Shown: one piece after another, positions 19,846 to 27,165 of the stretch
Layout: every line of letters begins with the position of its first letter
Position numbering within the stretch: position 1 is the first letter of the stretch
From: Rhodothermales bacterium
Lineage (GTDB): Bacteria; Bacteroidota; Rhodothermia; Rhodothermales; VXPQ01
NCBI GenBank assembly: GCA_040904565.1
Contig: JBBDTI010000016.1
Location: 96,298 to 132,327, forward strand
DNA: 36,030 nucleotides
Direction: 5' to 3'
Notes under the pieces: generated by a model
What the model saw: the letters and a program-made list of their open reading frames with translations, nothing else
Database searches by the model: none
What the model was told of the DNA's origin: nothing
Made by a program: the position numbers and the translations under genes

Positions 19846-20190
19846 ATGAGTACTCGTCGGAGCGTCGTAAAGTGGTTTGACGCTAAAAAAGGCTACGGCT
19901 TCATCGTGCATCCTGAAGGCGGCGCGGACATCTTCGTTCATTACTCGGCCATCGAGACCGATAAACGGTTTAAAACACTGCGGACGGGACAGGTCGTGGA
20001 TTTCGATCTGGAAGACGGCCCGAAGGGGCTGCACGCCACCAACGTGATCCCGACCGAAGAGGATGATCAGCCGTCGAGCGACGAGGTGATGGGGCAGGAC
20101 CACGTGTCGTCGCAGGACATACATGAGCGTGCCGATGAGACCTATGGAGGGGATTCTTCTTCGTACGGGTCTGTCCAGCCTCCGCTCTAG
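19846..20190 (+). CDS. Cold-shock domain protein with acidic C-terminal extension
   Basis: VKWFDAKKGYGFI (RNP1), DIFVHYS (RNP2) and GPKG; ggagg SD at 19835-19839. Confidence 0.93.
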   Translation: MSTRRSVVKWFDAKKGYGFIVHPEGGADIFVHYSAIETDKRFKTLRTGQVVDFDLEDGPKGLHATNVIPTEEDDQPSSDEVMGQDHVSSQDIHERADETYGGDSSSYGSVQPPL

Positions 20191-20344
20191 CACACGTCTC
20201 AACATTGTTTTTGCCGGAAAAAGCGCCTATTTTTCTCCGGTATGAAACGATGACCGCGCCGCATCCCGGCCGGTCTCGCCGCCCGCAAGGCACCGTAGCT
20301 GCGGAGCCTTTTTGTTTGACTTGCGAAGGTGCAGTACCCCTTCT

Positions 20345-20800
20345 ATGTCGTTCTCCTTCTCCGACGAGGATTTTCAGCGCATTGCCGACGTGCTCGGCGT
20401 CCCGGCCAAGCGAGACCGCTCGCTCACGCGGTACGAACTGCGCGACGAGTCAAGCGGCCGGCAGCTTTCGCTCGAGATCGATCCCGACGTCGCTCTCCCC
20501 GAAGGGGTGCGCGACGATCAACCCGGCAATCTCGTTTCCGTCTACGCCGCAAGCTCTTTCCTACAGCTTCAGGGCTGCACGGGATTTATTGCCAGCCAGG
20601 AGCTCGGTGAGGTGATCTTCTTTGCCCGTCGTGCCGGGGCAACCAACGGTCTGGTGATCGAGCGAGAAGCGGGATGCTCCCTGTATGCCAATGTGGACAA
20701 GCGACTGCTATCGGCCGACTTCACGCAGCTGCCGCCCGAACTGATCATGAGCAGTGTGGCCCTGTCGATGACCGAGACGCTCTTCGACGACCTCGGTTGA
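20345..20800 (+). CDS. Hypothetical protein, translationally coupled to ybeY
   Basis: 151-aa ORF with typical composition; its TGA overlaps the ybeY ATG at 20800. Confidence 0.8.
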   Translation: MSFSFSDEDFQRIADVLGVPAKRDRSLTRYELRDESSGRQLSLEIDPDVALPEGVRDDQPGNLVSVYAASSFLQLQGCTGFIASQELGEVIFFARRAGATNGLVIEREAGCSLYANVDKRLLSADFTQLPPELIMSSVALSMTETLFDDLG

Positions 20801-21273
20801 TGGACGCTCAGGGCGAATTCGATCCTGATGCCTTCCATCCGGACTCCGATGATGCCGAAGGCTCACCGGGTATCCGGATTGAAGTACAGCATCCGTCCCG
20901 TACGCTCCCTATCAAGCGATGTCATCGCGTGCTCAAACGAGTGTTCGTCGCGGAGGGCGTCCAGCCGAAGCGTCTGACGGTCGTCCTGGCCGATCACGAT
21001 ACGGTGCTCGATCTCAATCGGCGGTACCTGGAGCACGACTATTACACCGACGTGCTGGCATTCGACTATGGAGGCCCCGATCGTCTGGAAGGAGAAATTT
21101 ACATCGACCTCGACACGGCCGCCGAGCGCTGCGACGAGTACGAGTCCGCCTACGAACAAGAAGCGCTCCGATATGCCGTCCACGGCCTACTGCACCTGAT
21201 CGGCTACTCAGACAAGACGCCCGAGGAGAAAACCGAGATGCACGAACTGGAAGACCGATACCTTAGCGGTTGA
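20800..21273 (+). CDS. ybeY: rRNA maturation endoribonuclease YbeY
   Basis: LNRRYL, TDVLAF, GEIYI and HGLLHLIGYSD (third His of the usual H-x3-H-x5-H motif not seen). Confidence 0.9.
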   Translation: MDAQGEFDPDAFHPDSDDAEGSPGIRIEVQHPSRTLPIKRCHRVLKRVFVAEGVQPKRLTVVLADHDTVLDLNRRYLEHDYYTDVLAFDYGGPDRLEGEIYIDLDTAAERCDEYESAYEQEALRYAVHGLLHLIGYSDKTPEEKTEMHELEDRYLSG

Positions 21274-21360
21274 CCACGACGCCTTCATGGGCCTAAACCA
21301 TCGATAGGGACCGGGCGAGAGTCCCGGCCCCGGGAATCGCGTAACTAGAAGGAAACCGGT

Positions 21361-21675
21361 ATGCAGATCCAAATCACCGCCCGTCATTTCGATGCCGATA
21401 CGGACCTTAAAGAGTATGCCGGTCAAAAGCTTGCCAAGCTCGAACGATTCTACGACGGCATTACGGAGGCCCAAGTCGTCTTCGGCGACGACGGAACGCC
21501 GGGCCGGACGAAGTCGGCCGAGGTGATCGTACACGTCTACCAGCAAACCCTCTCAGCCACGAGCAACGGATCGACCCACGAAGACGCCGTCGATCAGTGC
21601 GTCAAGGCCCTCCGCCGGCAGATCAAAAAGTATAAGGCAAGGCTTCGTTCGACCGATAAGGACTATCGCAAGTAG
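21361..21675 (+). CDS. hpf: Ribosome hibernation promoting factor (short HPF/RaiA)
   Basis: MQIQITARH, LKEYAGQKLAKLERF and AVD...LRRQIKKYK; 104 aa. Confidence 0.92.
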   Translation: MQIQITARHFDADTDLKEYAGQKLAKLERFYDGITEAQVVFGDDGTPGRTKSAEVIVHVYQQTLSATSNGSTHEDAVDQCVKALRRQIKKYKARLRSTDKDYRK

Positions 21676-21773
21676 GAGCAACCGCCACGAGCGCGTCGTC
21701 GCAAAGCCGCCGGATTGCGGCCGTCGCAGTCCGTCAATCGGGCCCTCGCAGCCCGCACGACCGTCCGCCGCTT

Positions 21774-22754
21774 CTATGCCGTCTTCCGCAGCGGCTCGAC
21801 GACGCGGGTGACCGTGTCGGCGTTCGACATGACGTAGAAATGGATGCACGGCACGTTGGCGCTCATCAATTCCTCGCACTGCATGCGCGCCCATTCGACG
21901 CCGATATCGGAAACGTCCTCCGGGTCCGCCGCCTCGACCTCGGCAGCCAGCGCCTCCGGGACGTTGACGTGAAAGTAGCTGGGCAGCGACTTCAGGTGCC
22001 GCTTCTTGGTAAGAACCTTCAGGCCGGGAACGATCGGCACGGAGATGCCCACGTCACGACACGCCTCGACGAAGCGGAAATACGCATCGTTATCGAAGAA
22101 CATCTGCGTCACGACGTAATCGGCACCCGCGTCGACCTTTCGCTTCAGGTTGAGAATATCCCAGGTTAGATTCGGTGCCTCGAAATGCTTTTCCGGATAG
22201 CCGGCCACGCCGATACAGAAATCCGTAGACTGGGCATCCATCATGTCCTCCAGGTACCGTCCTCGGTTCATGGCGACGATCTGATCGACGAGGTCGACGG
22301 CGTGCTCGTTGCACGAACGGCCCGGACGAACGGGCTTCTTGTATCCGTTATCATCACCTTTCAGTGCCAGCACGTTCTGGATGCCCAGGTAGTTGAGCTC
22401 GATCAGAGCGTCTTCGGTCTCTTCACGCGTGAAACCGTGACACAGCATGTGGGGGACCGTTTCGACACCGAACCGACTTTTGATGGCCGCACAAAGTCCC
22501 AACGTACCCGGTCGCTTCCTCTTCACGTACTTCTTCACCGAGCCGTCCGGCATCTCCTCGTAGTATACCTGCGCGGAATGGCTGGTCACGTCGATGAACG
22601 GGGGATCGAATCGCATCAGTCGTTCCACCGTCGAGAAGATCTGGTCGATGGATCCGCCACGCTTCGGGGGGATGATCTCATAGGAGATGAGTGGTTCCGC
22701 CGCACTGTCGATATATTCGATTACCTTCATATGCGGATGATTTTCGTTACTCAA
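21774..22754 (-). CDS. metF: Methylenetetrahydrofolate reductase
   Basis: SYEIIPPKRG, ETVPHMLCHGFT, VAGYPEKH, VTQMFFDN and IHFYVM. Confidence 0.93.
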   Translation of the reverse strand: MSNENHPHMKVIEYIDSAAEPLISYEIIPPKRGGSIDQIFSTVERLMRFDPPFIDVTSHSAQVYYEEMPDGSVKKYVKRKRPGTLGLCAAIKSRFGVETVPHMLCHGFTREETEDALIELNYLGIQNVLALKGDDNGYKKPVRPGRSCNEHAVDLVDQIVAMNRGRYLEDMMDAQSTDFCIGVAGYPEKHFEAPNLTWDILNLKRKVDAGADYVVTQMFFDNDAYFRFVEACRDVGISVPIVPGLKVLTKKRHLKSLPSYFHVNVPEALAAEVEAADPEDVSDIGVEWARMQCEELMSANVPCIHFYVMSNADTVTRVVEPLRKTA

Positions 22755-22859
22755 TGCCGTAAATAGTGAAAGCGATGCACCACGTTATTCGTATTCCGAA
22801 CGACGGCACGCACTTTCTTCAGCCGGTGCGTCTAACCTTTTAAATGCGTTCTATGTTCA

Positions 22860-23474
22860 ATGATCGGTATAATCTTCGCAACGGAAGAAGAAGCAGCACC
22901 ATTTCTCGACGAATACAAGAGAGGACGCTTCGACGATTTACGGGAGGGGGACACGCTGTTCGACGACGACATCTTCGTCTCTCTCACGGGTCTCGGCAAG
23001 ATTAAGGCCACGCTTCGCACGGAACGGTTCTTTCAAAACAATCATCCGGATCGCATCATTCATGCCGGGACGTGCACGGCGCTCAACGAGAGCTATTCCG
23101 TGGGAGATCTGGTCTCGGCAGACCAGGTGTTCGAGGGGGATCGCATCGAGCTCGCGGCCCCCACGTACCCTCGCATGCCGCTCGACGTCTTCTTCGACGA
23201 CCTGCCTTCGGGCACGCTCGTTACGCAGGACCACGTCGCCAGCGATAAATCAGAAAAGAGTTACTGGCAGCGCATCGCCGACATGTCCGACATGACCGGA
23301 TACGCGGTCGCCTACGTGGCGGCCACGCACGGAGTGCCCTGTCACATTGTAAAGGCCGTCACCGGCCACATCAACGACGAAGACAAGGAGTTTAAGAAGC
23401 ATTTGACGAGCGCCTGCCAGGCAGTTTCTTCGTTTCTGGTCGCCAGGTTAGAGGGGATCGGAGCCGAAGAATAG
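22860..23474 (+). CDS. MTA/SAH nucleosidase-like protein (PNP_UDP_1 fold) with a degenerate active site
   Basis: IGIIFATEEE, GLGKIKA, IIHAGTCTAL, DMTGYAVAYVA and KAVTG align to the MtnN/Pfs pattern. Confidence 0.75.
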   Translation: MIGIIFATEEEAAPFLDEYKRGRFDDLREGDTLFDDDIFVSLTGLGKIKATLRTERFFQNNHPDRIIHAGTCTALNESYSVGDLVSADQVFEGDRIELAAPTYPRMPLDVFFDDLPSGTLVTQDHVASDKSEKSYWQRIADMSDMTGYAVAYVAATHGVPCHIVKAVTGHINDEDKEFKKHLTSACQAVSSFLVARLEGIGAEE

Positions 23475-23620
23475 CAGCACTCTCGTTGTATTGCGACCCA
23501 TCGACGTTTGCATACATGATCGTTCGCATCGGCCCGACGTAATGGCCTTGCCGAACGGATTCGATAGATCTATGCCGGAACGTTCTTTGCGATCCATATC
23601 AATACCCGTGGAGGTGCACC

Positions 23621-24778
23621 ATGAGTGCATTCCTGAAACTGTCACGGTGGCTCGAGGCACACCGTGACGTGGCATTCGACCTGCTCCGCATGTACCTCGG
23701 AGTTGGGCTATTCGCGAGAGGCATCCTCTTCGTCGTACGACCTGAGGCGTATACGACGCTGATCTCGGCCGCCGATGCGTCGGTACTTACGTCTCCGCCG
23801 GTCATGTATCTCGTGGCCACCGTACACGTGATCGGCGGCTTGATGCTGGCCGTTGGATTCTACACGCGGCTGGCGGCACTCATCAATATTCCCATCCTAC
23901 TGGGGGCCCTGGTGCTCATCCACCTTCAGGGCGGCCTCTTTACGGCGAGTCAGTCGTTCGAATTCTCGGCGCTGGTTCTTTTCTTGCTATTCCTGGCTTT
24001 TCTACATGGATCGGGTCGCTGGTCGGTCGACGCACGCCGTACGCCACAATTCGTCCCCTTTCAGAAATATGTGGATCGACTCGATCGTTCGGGCGACGTA
24101 GCTTTCGAGCTCCTTCGCATCTACCTGGGCGTCGGTCTATTCGTGCGCGGCATCCTGTTTATCTCGAACTCGAGCGCCTTCATGGAGCTGCTCGGCAGCT
24201 CGTCGGCAGCCTGGCTTACGTCGGTCGCACTGATCCACTACGTGGCCCTGTCACACCTCGTGGGCGGCATCATGATCGCAATTGGACTCTTCACCCGGGC
24301 CGCCGCACTCGTACAGCTTCCCGCCCTCGTCGGCGCCGTATTCGTCGTGCACTTTCAGGGTGGGTTGCTGGCGCCGAGCCAGTCTCTGGAATTTTCCGCG
24401 CTCGTCCTCTTCCTGCTCGTGCTCGTCTTTCTGTGGGGATCCGGTAACCTGTCGGTCGACAATTACGTGATCGAGCAGCCGGTCGACGAGGAGTTGTACC
24501 GGCACGCCGGCTCGCTCGGTGCTCGTTCCACGGAGCCCGAGCCGCTGTTGAGTTCGGAGCCGACTACAACGATGCGGCACGCCAGATGCTCCTGCGGACA
24601 TGGTGTCGATCATCCGCGGGTGACCGCCCACGCCAGATACAGTATGTGGGGAGCCATGTACTTCCTGTCAGGGATCACCGGGCCACCCAAAGAAATCGTC
24701 TTTTCGTGCGGAGACTGCGGCGAGGTGATCGCGAAGAGCCACGAGCCGGAGGTGCTGGAACGGTATCGGTACCCGTGA
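23621..24778 (+). CDS. Tandem-duplicated DoxX family membrane protein with a C-terminal Cys/His metal-binding module
   Basis: Two homologous repeats (LLRxYLGVGLF...GxxTRxAAL...H.QGG...GSGxxSVD); tail CSCGH...CGDC; ggagg SD. Confidence 0.85.
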   Translation: MSAFLKLSRWLEAHRDVAFDLLRMYLGVGLFARGILFVVRPEAYTTLISAADASVLTSPPVMYLVATVHVIGGLMLAVGFYTRLAALINIPILLGALVLIHLQGGLFTASQSFEFSALVLFLLFLAFLHGSGRWSVDARRTPQFVPFQKYVDRLDRSGDVAFELLRIYLGVGLFVRGILFISNSSAFMELLGSSSAAWLTSVALIHYVALSHLVGGIMIAIGLFTRAAALVQLPALVGAVFVVHFQGGLLAPSQSLEFSALVLFLLVLVFLWGSGNLSVDNYVIEQPVDEELYRHAGSLGARSTEPEPLLSSEPTTTMRHARCSCGHGVDHPRVTAHARYSMWGAMYFLSGITGPPKEIVFSCGDCGEVIAKSHEPEVLERYRYP

Positions 24779-24797
24779 TCCGGCTTGCTGCGCGGGC

Positions 24798-25568
24798 TTA
24801 CGCTCCCGGCCCCGCCGACTGTTCGTCGAGCCACGCCTGGAAGTCGGCCTCCGAATGGACGGTAAAGTATCCGCGCATCCGATAATGCCCCACGCCGCAC
24901 AGCTGCGCGCAGGAGATCTCCCAGTCGCCCGTGCTCGTCGGCGTGAAATAGAGCGGAATCGATAGCCCCGGAATGGCGTCCTGCTTGACGCGCATCTCCG
25001 CGAGGCTGAAGCTGTGAATCACGTCCTTGGAGGTCAGGTGAACGATCACGGGGCGGTCGACGGGTACGTGCAGCTCGTTCACCGTCACGATATCATCCGC
25101 ACCCGCCGGATCGTCGGGCCTCAGTCCGATCGGATTCGTCTGCAGATCGATCAGCTCGATATCGCGCTCTCCGAACTCACCATCCGGCCCCGGGTAGTGC
25201 ACGTTCCACGCGAACTGTTCGCCGATGACGTGGACCACCGTCGATTCCTCCTCGGTCGGATAGTTAGCCTCCGCCCGCAAGGCCGCCCACGTGGGCACGG
25301 CGAATCCGAACAGCAGAACGAGCTCCGCCACGACGACACCCACTTCTTGATACGTCGAAAGATGGCTGTGTACGCCGAAGTAATCGGCCTTGGGATTCTT
25401 CGACGCCCTGAACCGGTAGAGGGTGTACAGGAAGAACGGTGCCCAGATCACGAAGAGAATGATCATGAGCCAGTGCACCAGACCCATGAGGGCGTCTACT
25501 TGCGCGCTGTGGGCCGACGCGGCCTCGGGCATCCCAAGGAGGGGAGATAAGTCAAGCCAATCGAACAT
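24798..25568 (-). CDS. coxB: Cytochrome c oxidase subunit II (CuA), no fused cytochrome c
   Basis: Two TMs, GEQFAWNVHY, DVIHSF, KQDAIPG and CAQLCGVGHYRM. Confidence 0.95.
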   Translation of the reverse strand: MFDWLDLSPLLGMPEAASAHSAQVDALMGLVHWLMIILFVIWAPFFLYTLYRFRASKNPKADYFGVHSHLSTYQEVGVVVAELVLLFGFAVPTWAALRAEANYPTEEESTVVHVIGEQFAWNVHYPGPDGEFGERDIELIDLQTNPIGLRPDDPAGADDIVTVNELHVPVDRPVIVHLTSKDVIHSFSLAEMRVKQDAIPGLSIPLYFTPTSTGDWEISCAQLCGVGHYRMRGYFTVHSEADFQAWLDEQSAGPGA

Positions 25569-25601
25569 GACGATTTCCGGCAGATCTGGTCTAGTTTCTG
25601 T

Positions 25602-25895
25602 TTAGGATGGGTCCCCGTCGACGTGGCGCACGTCCCCGTATTGGGTAACGACGACATCGCTGCGTTCGAGACGACTCGAACGGCGCTGCACGTTATAGAA
25701 AAAAGCGCCGATCCCGCCGCCCACGACGCCTACCATGCCGATCAGCGAGAGCATAGCCATGCTGATGCCGCGCGTGATGGGCGTGTCGACCCCCGCGCCC
25801 CAGCACATTTCACACGCCGAGGCAACGTCCGGGCCCAGTGCCCATCCGACGGCGACAATCCCGAGCACGACGAGGTTCTTCTGGAGCTTTGTCAT
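25602..25895 (-). CDS. Small exported/membrane protein with CxxC after a predicted signal peptide
   Basis: Hydrophobic N-region, ASA-CEMC, then a Gly-rich TM; inside the cox operon. Confidence 0.75.
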   Translation of the reverse strand: MTKLQKNLVVLGIVAVGWALGPDVASACEMCWGAGVDTPITRGISMAMLSLIGMVGVVGGGIGAFFYNVQRRSSRLERSDVVVTQYGDVRHVDGDPS

Positions 25896-25910
25896 GATGA
25901 CCACCGCGTG

Positions 25911-26117
25911 TTACAGATATCCGATATGCTTCAACTTCCTTAGAAAGCGAACGCCGTAGACGACCAGACCGACCCCCACACCGAACGAGACGAGTCCAGC
26001 CACCAGCATCCACACGTTGCCCGACTCCGCATACCGCGCGAGCTCCCACACCCCGAACCCCACGGCAAGCAGGGTCGACACGGCGATGAACACGATATGA
26101 AAGGCCTTCAGAGACAT
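25911..26117 (-). CDS. Small two-TM membrane protein of the oxidase operon
   Basis: 68 aa, MSLKAFHIVFI..., two hydrophobic helices, tight spacing to both neighbours. Confidence 0.75.
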   Translation of the reverse strand: MSLKAFHIVFIAVSTLLAVGFGVWELARYAESGNVWMLVAGLVSFGVGVGLVVYGVRFLRKLKHIGYL

Positions 26118-26129
26118 GTTCGGCGGTAG

Positions 26130-26450
26130 TTAGAGTCCGGTAACGGCGCCGACCTGATCGTAGTAGTACACGCTCAGTATCGTGAACATGAAGACGAGCA
26201 GCCCGAGGCTCATCCAGACGAGCAACCTTATGACGCGCTCTTCCGACACCAGGTGCATGAAGTAGGCGGCGACGAGGCCCGCTTTGATCGACGCGATGAC
26301 GAGCGCGGCGATGAGCGCGGGAAGGATCGGCAGGTGTAGATATCCCACGCCCACCGTGACGACCGTGAGTATGGCCAGCGCGGCAAAGACGGAGATATAT
26401 ACCCGTACGTGCTTCTTAACCTCTTCAATGTTGTGTGCTGCGTCGCTCAT
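26130..26450 (-). CDS. Prokaryotic cytochrome c oxidase subunit IV family protein
   Basis: YISVFAALAILTVVTV and KAGLVAAYFMHL signature; three TMs. Confidence 0.9.
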   Translation of the reverse strand: MSDAAHNIEEVKKHVRVYISVFAALAILTVVTVGVGYLHLPILPALIAALVIASIKAGLVAAYFMHLVSEERVIRLLVWMSLGLLVFMFTILSVYYYDQVGAVTGL

Positions 26451-26498
26451 GGCTGGCTGATCGTTGTGATGACTCGGCGACCGGTATGGACCGCGGGG

Positions 26499-27116
26499 CT
26501 ACAGGAGATAGATGGTTGGAAACAGGAAAATCCAGACGAGATCGACGAAGTGCCAGTACAGTCCGGCGATCTCAATCCGGTTCGTAAATTGCTTCGGGTT
26601 CGTCTTCCACATCTTAGCGCCGGGTCCCCAGAAATACGCGTTCACGATGATGCCGCCGATCACGTGTAGCCCGTGCAGCCCCGTCAGTACGAAGTAGATG
26701 GCCAGGAAATTATGTTCGGCCGGCAGGAGTCCGTGCTCGAACTTGGTCCCGTACTCGAACGCCTTGACGACGAGAAACGCAAATCCGAGCAGGATCGTCG
26801 CACCCATGTAGAGCTTGTAGCGATCGAACCGGTCCATGGCCAGCGACGCCCACGACATCACCATCGTTACGCTCGATCCGATCAGGATCATCGTGTTGAG
26901 CGTGGCGAGCGGCACATTCAGAATTTCGGAGGCCCTCGCGTACATCACGCCGTGGATCTCACCCGGCCAGGCCGGCGCACCGACGCGTAGAAAAATGTAG
27001 GCCGAAAACAGACCGCCGAAGAGCATCACCTCGGATGCCAGAAACAGCCATACGCCGATCTTGGCGTTGTAGACGCCGGTGTCGGGGCGGGGAGCTACGG
27101 TGTAAGGAATCTGCAT
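26499..27116 (-). CDS. coxC: Heme-copper oxidase subunit III (short five-helix type)
   Basis: WLFLASEVMLFGGLF, NTMILIGSS, TGLHGLHV and YWHFVDLVW. Confidence 0.95.
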   Translation of the reverse strand: MQIPYTVAPRPDTGVYNAKIGVWLFLASEVMLFGGLFSAYIFLRVGAPAWPGEIHGVMYARASEILNVPLATLNTMILIGSSVTMVMSWASLAMDRFDRYKLYMGATILLGFAFLVVKAFEYGTKFEHGLLPAEHNFLAIYFVLTGLHGLHVIGGIIVNAYFWGPGAKMWKTNPKQFTNRIEIAGLYWHFVDLVWIFLFPTIYLL

Positions 27117-27165
27117 GATGCTCTATATCTCTCGATGTGTCTCGCTCGAGCTGTACGGTTCGGCG

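Noticed and set aside
22755-22859. SAM riboswitch or sigma-54 promoter upstream of metF/nucleosidase
   Set aside because: About 105-bp gap with no SAM-I/II consensus seen; cggcacgcactttct lacks the -12 GC
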